Source of the DNA: a virus
Lineage: Duplodnaviria; Caudoviricetes
DNA length: 47,704 nucleotides
Virus record (IMG/VR): IMGVR_UViG_3300035135_001487
Span: 1-47,704 of that record
Strand: one strand, 5' to 3'
Part shown: piece after piece, positions 35,501 to 44,453 of the stretch
Position numbering within the stretch: position 1 is the first letter of the stretch
Layout of the letters: the number at the start of each line of letters is the position of its first letter
Notes under the pieces: model-generated
Database searches by the model: none
What the model saw: the letters and a program-made list of their open reading frames with translations, nothing else
Told to the model about the DNA's origin: nothing
Program-made: the position numbers and the translations under genes

Positions 35501-36227
35501 TATCTAATAATGAAGAATCGTCTGCAGAAGACACTAGGGTCTCTGTAATTTCTAAACCGACTCTATATGATGGTTTACCTGAATACTTCTCTAAGATTAA
35601 TGTTTGTGCATCTACCTTACAGAAAAATCCTCTAACGAATACGATACCTTCTGTTATACTTGCAATGGATGCTCTACCGATAGGTGAACTAGTTCCTTCT
35701 AGAACCGTGAACTCATTGTTGTTACCACTAACTGCAGTTACTGTTCCATCATTACCTAATGTACACTCTTGTAAATCTTCATTTGAATAGAAGATTGCTG
35801 AGTTAGCAGAGTCTGTACCTTGTTGTAAGAATTTTACGAATAGTGTTAAGGAATCGTCTGAGGTTTCTGCAGATGAGTTGAATACTTGTGCAACAACACC
35901 TGAAGATTTACCTCTAATGAATTTATTGTGAAATGATGTTCTGTAACTTTCTGCAGAAGTATCACCTGAAGAGTTTGGATTTGCTGACTTGACTTTGACA
36001 TAGTTCATTGCCATATCAACATCTGATTCAGCACCAGTTACAATAGAACCTTCCTCAAACATATGAGAACCAAATCTCTCGACTTGATTCTGTAAGATTG
36101 ATTGAGTCTGAGTTAACTCTCTAGATTGAAGAGGTCTACCTGCTCTAAAAAGAACTTTTTGGAACTTCTTATCCTCTGAGAAGTCATCGTAATATGGTGA
36201 TATGTTTAAATCAGTTTTCTCTGGCAT
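29538..36227 (-). CDS. Large VrlC-like / DUF4815 virion (baseplate-associated) protein, 2229 aa
   Basis: LNISPYYDDF, VLFRAGRPLQSRELTQ, AGADRLK, RRFTMKDIG, RFKSGFLVDNF, DPLAQSF, SQNASTWT; follows gp8. Confidence 0.9.
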   Translation of the reverse strand: MPEKTDLNISPYYDDFSEDKKFQKVLFRAGRPLQSRELTQTQSILQNQVERFGSHMFEEGSIVTGAESDVDMAMNYVKVKSANPNSSGDTSAESYRTSFHNKFIRGKSSGVVAQVFNSSAETSDDSLTLFVKFLQQGTDSANSAIFYSNEDLQECTLGNDGTVTAVSGNNNEFTVLEGTSSPIGRASIASITEGIVFVRGFFCKVDAQTLILEKYSGKPSYRVGLEITETLVSSADDSSLLDNSQGTTNENAAGADRLKMELVLSKYALDSTEDTDFVELVRVNKGIIEIKITKPRYSEIENTLARRTFDANGDFVLRQFTHSLREHLDLNDNRGFYPADNGGDATKFMFQVSPGKAYVRGYEIDKVGTTNIPIPKARTTQSLANTNTPVRLGNKLRVFNTHSFPEFGNETGPTPHNEIYLLDSTPSAGTVPTSGRIGIARARSVDLQSGTVNSGVFNDTSIFNIYLFDIKMFTKLSGTVSGTFTAGDKLVSSSGATGIIAETVNSGSTVLVYDVVGTFGVNDTITTQGATSGTTTLTAVRNYNLDRARGVAQNATSNSNADFTADIYLDSDKVLTGQLTFTSSDPTVTGFATQFTKELKEGDQLVDGAGNVRIVSSVTNDTELELTANGAASFTGNVVRRRARLFDQDQTASIFAWPRDYVATHSGDFVTVKRQEIVTVTSNAIALETGDNATFGDRSTDNFNIACIYQDSGNTAGTSFSVGDLIDVTTLSGNPANSGSGQTLSLTVPNNNNDAKLLVSYTVQKNTTSLSNQTSRQKTLNKSRLLQVGSARSAGGFYGTAYDDKDISLGVADVFKIHGVYEGVGGADPLPANATFTQVSGSFSVHEIVKGQTSGARARLITAGGSTHYYYYISGTFVDGESLVGEDNAGVYTISNISAGSPNIKNNFTFDDGQRDGYYDLCKLVRKNGVPTPTGKLLILFDYFTSSAGDYFDVESYSSIDYGDIPVYSPNRVDLGGLEPDGTFELSDAVDCRPVVADLIGTSGFESATMTPTSPVDISNNSSGITASPFKYESRDFSGSNGAVAQDTPVPGSSIVGDISFYVGRIDKVFLHKDGGFQVSSGIPSLTPTKPSAVDDAIELFELQIPAYTNKLKELRVRSQDHRRFTMKDIGKINNRVTNLERITSLSLLERDTQTKQILDADGFDRFKSGFLVDNFRGHRVGDVNHPDYQISIDSKLGAMRPKSYSQFFDIDFESALSSNFQKTGDLITVPYDQVTYVNQDKASRHINVNPYHVFNFFGSVKLTPETDIWQDTEQLPEVRINREGNFDAVLAENANSLGTVWNAWQTTWVGEPNVVSTEVQATSNGSWSGDPAQGGEWVSGLQVTREVTETVETQTRTGVTTSVVEDFVETRNDRVVSVSIIPFMRARTIEVDATNLKPGSNHYFFFDGIRVDQYVRPFNASYSQDGGVTVSSGLKSDGNGRLRAYFELPNNNAQRFATGARELRITSSYYDLSNPNSQATGTYQAQGLLQSNQTEVVSTRNGRVIMERVSGQRDFIRSGERTNAQQFDTIAPELPPQEVPIPELPPINIGFPIDTIPLRLPPIATPIVVPPPLPPLPIPEPVPPVFVAPEPSPIPDLFNRDLRIDDFPRRGFMPRGWGDPLAQSFLVDKSGGMFMTSLDVFFQAKDGSLPVSVEIRNMVNGYPGQTVLPFSTVTKNPADVNTSADGSVATTFTFDSPVYLEENHEYCFVVYSNSNNYECWISRMGEKDLKTQQTISGQPYAGSLFLSQNASTWTATQEDDLKFHMKIANFDTRKKPVLKFSNASLPVSELQDNPIETFNGQTYVKVYNYFHGMYTNSSQVVIAGVTGDKLNGVLGIGTPSVSETPNDGTYNLSMSGGSGSGVTVKVVVSNSGSDVEATITDPGSGYAQSDSLTYANFDGGTADLSITVTSVGDTLGGIPVAAINASFTGSGTNIDNIEMDSFTVTPDLTSYSLDSSYTANDDVLGGGANATCSRNYYYDTLHTMIPNITFANTRISASVLQTPMNSPEGYSDRTAYSKRTSNEFITLNDNVFFSSPHIVASATNEGASHLLQSEKSFTTTLQLMTMNPNVSPVIDIGTIGAIAVGNRINSISSSSDVPTGTTYVPSTEADGDNNAYIYCTRKVNLKTPATSIKVIADVFRPPTTEVEFMYKVLENDISTSFDDVDWKYFNTDGSPDATIEADARNFKEYEFTVEDLPEFTAFAVKIVGKGTNTSVVPMVSALRCLGLA

Positions 36228-36245
36228 AATTCCTTACTCTTATTA

Positions 36246-36262
36246 GGGGACATAATGTCCCC
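36246..36262. other. Intergenic hairpin GGGGACA-taa-TGTCCCC
   Basis: Perfect 7-bp stem between gp8 and the VrlC-like gene; weak U-tract. Confidence 0.65.
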
Positions 36263-36267
36263 ACAAA

Positions 36268-37734
36268 TTACATCTCGATGATAAGTTTGATATCTTCGAT
36301 TTGGTCTGAAGCACGTGTTACAGCACCTCTATTCTCTACGTATAACAGATTACCAGTAAATCTTTCTACTTCGGGGAAGTTAGAATCTACTGAGTTGATG
36401 TTACCAATTGATACACCATTTTTATATACTGTTCCACTTGAGAAGTTTACATATTCACCACCACTGTTTGCGACTGGGATATGTGATACTACGTTTCCAC
36501 TAATTGAAGTGATTCTAGAAACTGCGACTGCATCACCGTTTGATGAAGCGTCCATAATAGTATCATCGACTGAAAGTCCTGACACATTTGATAGTGTCAT
36601 TTGATAAACTGCAGATAGGGTTGTACCTGTTGCAACTGTTGTTGTACCTGCTGTGAATGGGTCTTGTAATAGACCAATTCTTCTGAAATCGTTATCTGTT
36701 GGGAAGTCACCTGAACCTTCGTTGAACTCAAATCTTGAGTTAACGATTACATAGTTACCACCAAGTTCTTCAACTGGGTCAGCACCATGTCCGTTCATAG
36801 GTGAAATTACTGGAATAACACTTGCACCTGAACCACCACCGATTCCTGAGATACCATCGATGTCGATTGATGCACGTCTGTAACCTGAACCGTATGCTGG
36901 AGAACCACCTGCTGTCATTGCAACTGAGGTAACTGCGCCACCACCAACTGTTACTGTACATGTACCACCTGAACCATCACCGTCTACTACAACACCAGTG
37001 TATGTTCCGTTTGTATAACCTGAACCACCGTTTGCAACTCTTACGTGATAGATTGCACCGTCAACTGCTGAGTTTTCTACATCCCATTGTGCAGAACCAT
37101 CGTTATCTGCAGATGAACCTAATGCACCGTTAGTTCCTGAACCACCAACGTTTGTTTTTGCACCCAATGTTTTGAGTGGGATAAAGTCTGAGGTAACATA
37201 TTTAATTGTGTCTGAAGCAGAAACTGAGAACATATACTTCCAAATATAACCGTTGGCAGCGCCTGTATCTGAAGTATAAACTAAGTCTGTTGCACTTGTT
37301 CCTGTTGGTTTAACAGTTGAGGCGACTGTTGCACCGTTTGAATCTCTACCTGTTCTTAAACACTTGTAGACATTATATTCATCCGTCATTACGTAGAAGT
37401 TTGCATCCCACAAGTTGTTTGAACTGTTTCCTGTTGAAGTGTTAGATGAACTAATATCATGTCCATACTCATCGTAAGTTGTACCTGAAGTCCAATCTAT
37501 TCTTGAAATACCATGTGATACATCTGAAATACCAATCTTCTTTAAAGATAGCATGTCTGAAAATGCATCCATCTCCTCGCCAGTTCCATTTACTGGTGTA
37601 GGTGGTGAAGTGTCATCCGTCCATGGATATGACCTTCCTATGAAAATATAAGTCGATGAAGCGGTTTCACCGAAGTCCTCTCTGAATTGTTTCGCATTAT
37701 GGGTACGAAACTTTTCTGTAATAATTGCTGCCAT
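36268..37734 (-). CDS. gp8: Baseplate wedge subunit
   Basis: MAAIITEKFR, YNVYKCL, GYIWKYMF, GHGADPVEELG, NDFRRIGL, QIEDIKLIIE. Confidence 0.93.
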   Translation of the reverse strand: MAAIITEKFRTHNAKQFREDFGETASSTYIFIGRSYPWTDDTSPPTPVNGTGEEMDAFSDMLSLKKIGISDVSHGISRIDWTSGTTYDEYGHDISSSNTSTGNSSNNLWDANFYVMTDEYNVYKCLRTGRDSNGATVASTVKPTGTSATDLVYTSDTGAANGYIWKYMFSVSASDTIKYVTSDFIPLKTLGAKTNVGGSGTNGALGSSADNDGSAQWDVENSAVDGAIYHVRVANGGSGYTNGTYTGVVVDGDGSGGTCTVTVGGGAVTSVAMTAGGSPAYGSGYRRASIDIDGISGIGGGSGASVIPVISPMNGHGADPVEELGGNYVIVNSRFEFNEGSGDFPTDNDFRRIGLLQDPFTAGTTTVATGTTLSAVYQMTLSNVSGLSVDDTIMDASSNGDAVAVSRITSISGNVVSHIPVANSGGEYVNFSSGTVYKNGVSIGNINSVDSNFPEVERFTGNLLYVENRGAVTRASDQIEDIKLIIEM

Positions 37735-37753
37735 TTTTGTTTATCTCCTCAGA

Positions 37754-37772
37754 TATTTATATACTATTTATA
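37754..37772 (-). promoter_or_regulatory. Tandem late promoters TATAAATA x2 upstream of gp8
   Basis: Exact copies at 37754-37761 and 37765-37772. Confidence 0.8.
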
Positions 37773-37775
37773 ACA

Positions 37776-40700
37776 CTATGCAGACTTAATGTAAGAACTA
37801 AATGCAAAATTTGTACGTTCTCTTTCATGAGTTGCATAACTTGGGATATATCTTCTTGGATACATATCGTCTAAGTCATACAATCTTAAGCCCTCAGGCA
37901 CGGATTCTTCACTCAGAATACTTCCATAACCATCTTCTAACACAATATCGTCCCCATGTGTTCCTGAATTTGATGCAGAACCATCGTCTTGTTTGAGATA
38001 ATATGCTATATCGTAAGTGTTTTGGTTTTGTATTATATTTAGACTCCTTAAAGTCGACCCTAAAGGAGCATATGATACATTTGAATGTGGTGTTGAGTGT
38101 TCATCTATAATCTCATCACCATCTTCTGTTATTAGTCTATCTCCATTTTCGAACAATACGTATTTGTCATCTGTTTCAATAGACCTTTCTGTAATAAAGT
38201 AGAATGTTTCTTCGATTGTAGTCTCGGATTCCATTCTCATATATGTGCCATCTTCGTAAATCATGTTGTCACCAAAGACACCTTTTACGATTGCACCGAT
38301 TTGAGGTTCTGCTCTTAGTAAACATACCTCATCTTCAATTAGTATCTGACCACCATCCTCTAAAATCAATCTCTCATCTACAGGGGTATAATGATAATTA
38401 ATCTTACCTTGGTCTGCTTGTACTGGTGATACTTCCTCACCATATGAATTGATAAAAGTTCTTCTATGATGGTCAAGAACTATTTGATTGTCTGTTAAGT
38501 TGAGTGAACCATTGATTCTTGATTCACCTCTTGCAATAGGTGTAAGAGAAACAGACTGGTCGTAAGATTGTATCTTGGTAATATTAACGTGTCTGTTTCT
38601 AACGGATGAGTCACCATATTCTGTTGCAATTTCTGTAATTGCACCACCCGTTCTTGGGTCTGTATTATATGCTGGTTGACCTGCTTCTTCTAATCTTGTT
38701 AATGCAAAACCACCTTCAGGCCCATCTGCTGTCATATCTGCATGAAGTATTGCAGTTCTCCAAGAATTTGAGAATGCATCTGGCACATATAAGACTGGTT
38801 CCATAACAAACACTACAGTGTGTAAAGATGATATCTGATTCTCTACTACTGTATTGATTGAGTTTTGTATACCTACTTCACCAAAGAATACATGACCAGC
38901 AGGGTGAATTAGGTCTTTTAGTACTGACCTATATTTGTTAATTGATTCACCAACTTTTACAACATACGAGTGAGTTTGGTAATACAAACCATCTTGCATA
39001 TGTGCTGACTGAGCATTTAGTTGTCCCTTGTCGGTGACGAATTGCTCTTGCATTTTACCTTCACCACCAAATTGACCCCTTGCATTGTAGGCACTTGTCT
39101 GTAAAATATTGAAATTATCTGAGGTGTTGAATTTGACGTTTTCATTTTTCAAGAAACATCCATCAAGATTTGTATAGGTCATGATGTGTCTATCAGCATC
39201 GTATCTCACTACTTCTGCAGTTGTTCCTGAAATTTCACCTGTAATTGTTAGACCTTTAAATGGTGTTGCAGTTGGTGTAGTAATCAACATAGGGAAGTAA
39301 GAGTCATTCGACACTACACCGTCCATGGTAAATTTACTACCCTGATTGATAATGTTTACAGACTTAACTCCACCGATATCATCTGAATATGCAAAGAGTT
39401 TACCACCTGTACCACTAGATACATTTGCTTGAACTAATCCTCTAGAAGTATTGGATGTTTGTCCAACGATAGTTTCTGTTTGTTGGAAAGCACCAGTATC
39501 TGTATCTAATCTCTTGACTACCAATCTACCTTTATCTGATTCTATTCTAATAATGGTTGCAGTCGCACTAGAGTTTTGTCCTTCTACTACTTCATCTACT
39601 TGGAAACCTGACACATCATTTAGATACAAATAACCGCCTGGGTTTATCTTAGGTACTTGTGTATAACCACCACCACTGTTTAGAATCTTGACACTTCTGA
39701 TATCACCTACAGTTGTTTCTAATGCAATTGGGTCATCGTTTTCATATACAAGTCTATTGTAAGCAGTAAAGAATTCTATTCTTTCTCCACCTGACATTGC
39801 ATTTGTAAATGTCACTCTATCGTTTTGTGAAGTGTAATCGTTTGTAGTGTAAGATGTACTTCTAGTTTGTAGAACACCATCGACATACACATCTAAATCT
39901 TGGTCGTTAAAAATAATTAATTGACCAAACTTATCTCTGACACCAGGCCCACCATAAAGTGATTGACCATTGACACCATCAAACTCGTAGTGACCAAATT
40001 GTGTTTGTGCTTCTAGTAATGCTTCATCACCGACAGCACCAATGACGGCTTCTGCACCACCACCTTGTGTACCATCGTTATCAAAAACTATCAAGTCTCC
40101 TGCTTCATAGTTTTGACCACCATCTTCTACATAGATGTGTGTGATACCACCTTTTGATAAACCATCTACTCTAGTTCTACATTCTTCAGTAGAATTATTT
40201 GTAACATCTTCTTTACTTCCTGAGAAATTTATGTTATCATTAAGAGAGTAGAGTGAACCAAGTGATGATGATTCGTATAATAAACCACCACCAGCATTTG
40301 CACTTTGTAAAACATTCTCACCATCTAAAGCAACAGATGGATTTGCTGTCAACGTAATAGTTTCATCATCGATTACTTTATCGACTGTAACGGTATATGT
40401 TGTATCTGAAACTACATAGGTTAATATATCACCTGCTGATACTTCACTTGTAAATTTAGATTGTGAACCTACAAGAGTTGTTGAATCTGTTGTTAGTGTA
40501 GTTGCACCAGTTAAGAATGAGTTTTCAAACAATATGACACCATCGTCATCATGTTCAATATATGTCGATGATGACCTATCGGTTACATCGTTGATGACAC
40601 CTACAATTGTACCTTTATATTCTGTTAGACCATCTCTATCAATAAACGTTACTTCACTACCCTGAGTAAAAGTTCCAATATGGTTTTCTGTAATTTCTAA

Positions 40701-41591
40701 AGAGTATCTTTTTTCTTCCAATGAATCAACGAATACATTTTCAACAACTGCTTCTGCATCAATGGTTGTAGTAGACCCAGGCCTAAATTGAATGATTCTA
40801 TCTGTTGCACTTGGAGGCCCTGAACTTACTTGTACTCTAACTCTTCTTACTTCATTGTAGTCTGATTCTGATACATAGATGGTCTCATTGTTTGGATATC
40901 TTACTTCTGCATCCTGACCATATAATAATCTCATCAAGAATTTGATAGAATCTGCAGTACCTTTATTCTGATAAAGGTCTTTGATATTTTTGATTGTTAA
41001 TCTTTTATTGACTGTACTACCGATATCTAATGACGGTATAAAGTCGTTTTGAAAGTATTGTAAAAATTCTTCCGATGTAGTATCAACGTCTGAAGATTGT
41101 AAAAGACGATTGTTTGCTGATATAGCATTATGTTTGTATGATGATACAACACCTGTTTGTTTGGATTCTCTACCAGTAATTTTCTCACCCTTGGAGAAAC
41201 CTTCTCCTAAAACAGTAGAGATGTATAATTTGTTACCATTGATTACATCAATTTTTGCAACACACTTCGAGACACTACCAACAACATACTCACCCTTCGT
41301 GAAAGGTGAAGCAGTTTCGTTTGCGTTTGCAACTGTTGACTCGAATGCAATCTTTGATGAATCTTGGTCGGGTGAAGGAGAAACGGTGCTAGTTTCCAAT
41401 AACATGGAACTAACACCATCCTCTAATAAGAGTGTATCGATTTCCTCTTGAGATTCAAGAGTGATAATCTCTGACTCTAGATATTCAGTGTAAGCAGAAA
41501 GGAAAGACTCAAAGACAGGCGCTTCGTCCCTGATAAAATCGGGGAGAATCGTTCCTATTCTTTGAGTTAAACTTTCTGTATTACTATGCAT
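37776..41591 (-). CDS. gp7: Baseplate wedge initiator (gp7-like), 1271 aa
   Basis: LPDFIRDE, IKNIKDLYQNKGT..SIKFLMRLLYG, QDGLYYQTHSYV, LIHPAG; lies between gp6 and gp8. Confidence 0.85.
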   Translation of the reverse strand: MHSNTESLTQRIGTILPDFIRDEAPVFESFLSAYTEYLESEIITLESQEEIDTLLLEDGVSSMLLETSTVSPSPDQDSSKIAFESTVANANETASPFTKGEYVVGSVSKCVAKIDVINGNKLYISTVLGEGFSKGEKITGRESKQTGVVSSYKHNAISANNRLLQSSDVDTTSEEFLQYFQNDFIPSLDIGSTVNKRLTIKNIKDLYQNKGTADSIKFLMRLLYGQDAEVRYPNNETIYVSESDYNEVRRVRVQVSSGPPSATDRIIQFRPGSTTTIDAEAVVENVFVDSLEEKRYSLEITENHIGTFTQGSEVTFIDRDGLTEYKGTIVGVINDVTDRSSSTYIEHDDDGVILFENSFLTGATTLTTDSTTLVGSQSKFTSEVSAGDILTYVVSDTTYTVTVDKVIDDETITLTANPSVALDGENVLQSANAGGGLLYESSSLGSLYSLNDNINFSGSKEDVTNNSTEECRTRVDGLSKGGITHIYVEDGGQNYEAGDLIVFDNDGTQGGGAEAVIGAVGDEALLEAQTQFGHYEFDGVNGQSLYGGPGVRDKFGQLIIFNDQDLDVYVDGVLQTRSTSYTTNDYTSQNDRVTFTNAMSGGERIEFFTAYNRLVYENDDPIALETTVGDIRSVKILNSGGGYTQVPKINPGGYLYLNDVSGFQVDEVVEGQNSSATATIIRIESDKGRLVVKRLDTDTGAFQQTETIVGQTSNTSRGLVQANVSSGTGGKLFAYSDDIGGVKSVNIINQGSKFTMDGVVSNDSYFPMLITTPTATPFKGLTITGEISGTTAEVVRYDADRHIMTYTNLDGCFLKNENVKFNTSDNFNILQTSAYNARGQFGGEGKMQEQFVTDKGQLNAQSAHMQDGLYYQTHSYVVKVGESINKYRSVLKDLIHPAGHVFFGEVGIQNSINTVVENQISSLHTVVFVMEPVLYVPDAFSNSWRTAILHADMTADGPEGGFALTRLEEAGQPAYNTDPRTGGAITEIATEYGDSSVRNRHVNITKIQSYDQSVSLTPIARGESRINGSLNLTDNQIVLDHHRRTFINSYGEEVSPVQADQGKINYHYTPVDERLILEDGGQILIEDEVCLLRAEPQIGAIVKGVFGDNMIYEDGTYMRMESETTIEETFYFITERSIETDDKYVLFENGDRLITEDGDEIIDEHSTPHSNVSYAPLGSTLRSLNIIQNQNTYDIAYYLKQDDGSASNSGTHGDDIVLEDGYGSILSEESVPEGLRLYDLDDMYPRRYIPSYATHERERTNFAFSSYIKSA

Positions 41592-41597
41592 GATTTA

Positions 41598-42059
41598 TTA
41601 TGCTACTGTACATCCTTTGTTTGAAAGAATCCACCAGTTGCTTCCATCCCACATAAGGATACAAGCATCACCTTGGTCATTCATGGTGATTGTGGAAACG
41701 TGTGATTCATATGAACTGTTAACTGTAATAACTGCATCATATCCACCGTCATCTTTCATCCAAATCACTTTTAACTGACCTACGTCTGTACCATCATCTA
41801 ATGTGAAAGCTACTTGAGCAGAGAAACCTGAACCATCAATTGCAGTTGCAAAAGAAGATGCAAGGTTACTTGCAGTTGCAGTTAATGTTGTAATATCATC
41901 TACTGCTAGGTGAGTTGGAATGTTTTCGAACAATTGACCAATGGTCATCTTCTTGTTGACTGGTGTTCCGCCAGGATTGTCAACAATGTGTAGTAAGTCA
42001 TCAGCACCGATTTCTGAATCAGCAACCGCTGTTAATGCACTAATTTTTTTATCTGCCAT
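41598..42059 (-). CDS. Small putative virion protein (153 aa, MADKKISALT...)
   Basis: AGGAG RBS; N-terminal KISAL...DDLLHIVD..NKK module and beta-rich C-terminus ending LMWDGSNW. Confidence 0.75.
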   Translation of the reverse strand: MADKKISALTAVADSEIGADDLLHIVDNPGGTPVNKKMTIGQLFENIPTHLAVDDITTLTATASNLASSFATAIDGSGFSAQVAFTLDDGTDVGQLKVIWMKDDGGYDAVITVNSSYESHVSTITMNDQGDACILMWDGSNWWILSNKGCTVA

Positions 42060-42139
42060 TTTAGTTTACTCCTATAAAAACCAAGTTAATGGGATGCTAC
42101 TTCAAGCACGGAACCTACCGTCTTGAATCACTTTATACA

Positions 42140-44011
42140 TTAATAAGAAGTACTAGATGTGGATTGATAACCAACTCCAGCACTCGATTCACCACTTGCG
42201 ATGGTGTCGATTTCACCTTTTGCCGAAATAGATTGTTGGTCGATATCAATGAGAGAACCTCTCTTTGCAACTACGTCAAAACTATTAGGGACTACCGTGA
42301 AATTGATTGTGTTATCAGCATTATCAGTACTTGTAAAGAATATACTGTTAATCACAATCTTTCCAGTTGAATAATCTACTGTACCAGCAGTATTATCCTG
42401 ATAAATTCTAGTTGAACCTGACAATGTGTATCTTCTTAGATTTCCGTTACCGTCATCATCGAAGAATTGTAGATTCACTGAATCACCTGAAACTTTAAAA
42501 CCTGATGTGGAAACGACACCCCCAGCACTTGCATTATGGCCTGGATGTGGGTTGTATAGTCCGTTTCCGAATTCTATTGTGACACCTCTTGAAGTGTCTG
42601 TAAATACTTTATGTGATTTCTTCAATCTTATATTTGTAATGTTGGATAAGATTGCACTGTTTGAATCATCGATTGAACGAACAAGATTCGAGTGTCTAAA
42701 GATTGAATCGAAGTTCTTTAAGTTCTCTGCATCAAAAGTATTGATTGCATTTACTACTACAGACTCTAATTCACCTTTTGAAAGTTCTGTAGCGTTTGCA
42801 TTATATTTGAATGTTGTTGAAACCAATATCTTAATAATCTCGGGGTCTACGATTGTAGGTCTTACTGTTAACATATTTAGACCCTTCAAACTAGACACTA
42901 CAGATGCCTTTTCTGTTTCAGATAAATAGTCTGAATTCTTTGGTTTCAATGCAACGAATACCTTACCATACTCGGGTGGGTCGTTGTCTTCACCACCCCA
43001 TACTGCAACAGCATCTGCGTTAGGATAGTATTCTGAAATTTTTGCCTTATAGTCGTTGAGTGTTACAAGTCTGTTTTGTGAAGTGTAAAACTTCGTTGCT
43101 TTAAACTTGATAGACTCGATTGATTCTTTTTCACCACCACCAGCAGAATTAACTGCAGTGGTAACAGTTGCATTTGAGAATCCGTTAATTGCATTCTGCA
43201 TTACGAAATTCTTTGCACCGTTAGCGTGGAATGGGTTGACAACAATATAGGTAACTGTTATAATGTCACCATCTAATAGTTGTTTACCTAAAACACCATC
43301 ACCAAAATAGATTTCTCTAAAACCATCTTCATTTTCTTGTTCATAGAATACTTTAGATTGCGTATTGATATTTGATACGTTTGTTGATAAAGCATATGAT
43401 GAAGATGTTCCACCTGAGTTAACAGAAATATTGATATACTGTTTGTCAACTCTTTGGTTAGATAGTACAAACTTCTGATTTTGTATTTGTGAATCATAAA
43501 CAAACACATCTGAAGCATATGTACCTTGTACTAAATTCACGTCTGTATAATTATATGTGGTACTGTTCTGAGTTGGTTGCACTGAGGATGGTACTACGAA
43601 CTCGTATGTTGAACCATCGTAAACTGTTGTGAAGATGCTACCACGTGGGATAACCATCTCACTTGTTGTCGGGTAAGTTCCGTCTGCGTTCCTGACATTT
43701 TTGAGTTCGACATTTACTATCGCCTTTGAACCAGTTTCTGAGCCTGGCACGAATCCTAAATCTTTTGCACGAGACACGACATTTTTTCTTATTTGTGCTG
43801 AATCTAAAAATAGTTCACTACCAGCAATGTTTGTATTTACAGCGGATACATGAGCAGCGTAAGACAACATGTCAATAAGAACTGACATAGTTGACCCTTC
43901 GAAGTCGTAATCTTTAAATTTCTCTTGTCCTTTTAGATAGTCTTTGATACCAAGAGCAATATCGTCAAAGTCTGTATCCGTTATATTAATTTGTGAACTT
44001 TTTACTGCCAT
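42140..44011 (-). CDS. gp6: Baseplate wedge subunit
   Basis: FKDYDFEGS, ELFLDSA, FGDGVLGK, QNRLVTLNDY, WGGEDNDPPEYGKVF. Confidence 0.96.
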   Translation of the reverse strand: MAVKSSQINITDTDFDDIALGIKDYLKGQEKFKDYDFEGSTMSVLIDMLSYAAHVSAVNTNIAGSELFLDSAQIRKNVVSRAKDLGFVPGSETGSKAIVNVELKNVRNADGTYPTTSEMVIPRGSIFTTVYDGSTYEFVVPSSVQPTQNSTTYNYTDVNLVQGTYASDVFVYDSQIQNQKFVLSNQRVDKQYINISVNSGGTSSSYALSTNVSNINTQSKVFYEQENEDGFREIYFGDGVLGKQLLDGDIITVTYIVVNPFHANGAKNFVMQNAINGFSNATVTTAVNSAGGGEKESIESIKFKATKFYTSQNRLVTLNDYKAKISEYYPNADAVAVWGGEDNDPPEYGKVFVALKPKNSDYLSETEKASVVSSLKGLNMLTVRPTIVDPEIIKILVSTTFKYNANATELSKGELESVVVNAINTFDAENLKNFDSIFRHSNLVRSIDDSNSAILSNITNIRLKKSHKVFTDTSRGVTIEFGNGLYNPHPGHNASAGGVVSTSGFKVSGDSVNLQFFDDDGNGNLRRYTLSGSTRIYQDNTAGTVDYSTGKIVINSIFFTSTDNADNTINFTVVPNSFDVVAKRGSLIDIDQQSISAKGEIDTIASGESSAGVGYQSTSSTSY

Positions 44012-44436
44012 TATCGTGTCCTAGTTACTGTTAAGTTTAGTTCCTGATTTCTTTTTCCATTTTTTACATTGTAGAATACTGTTAATGCTAATTCGTTTGA
44101 TTCCATACCCTCATTATTGACTCTGACTAATACATTCTCAACTCTAGGTTCGAATGTTTCTATTGTTTCAGTCAATTGTTTGGTGACTCTATTGAGTCCT
44201 CTATCGGTATCTAATTGAAATAGTAATCCAATCAAGTTACCACCAAGGCCTGGTTTAAAAGGTCTTTCATAATGATTGGTCATTACAATATTTCTTACTG
44301 ACCTACGGATTGCATCTGTATCTGTTTTACGAGTCACGTCACCTGTAACAGGATGTGGTGTGAACTGTAAATTCAAGTCAGCATACAACTCTTTGTTTGC
44401 TACCGTTTTACCTTCGTTGACTACGTAATCTACCAT
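44011..44436 (-). CDS. gp25: Baseplate wedge subunit
   Basis: YADLNL.F..HP, AIRRSVRNIVMT..ERPF.P, IETFEPRV. Confidence 0.93.
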   Translation of the reverse strand: MVDYVVNEGKTVANKELYADLNLQFTPHPVTGDVTRKTDTDAIRRSVRNIVMTNHYERPFKPGLGGNLIGLLFQLDTDRGLNRVTKQLTETIETFEPRVENVLVRVNNEGMESNELALTVFYNVKNGKRNQELNLTVTRTR

Positions 44437-44441
44437 ATATC

Positions 44442-44449
44442 TATTTATA
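44442..44449 (-). promoter_or_regulatory. T4-type late promoter TATAAATA upstream of gp25
   Basis: Exact consensus in a 17-nt gap, 5 nt from the ATG. Confidence 0.7.
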
Positions 44450-44453
44450 CAAA

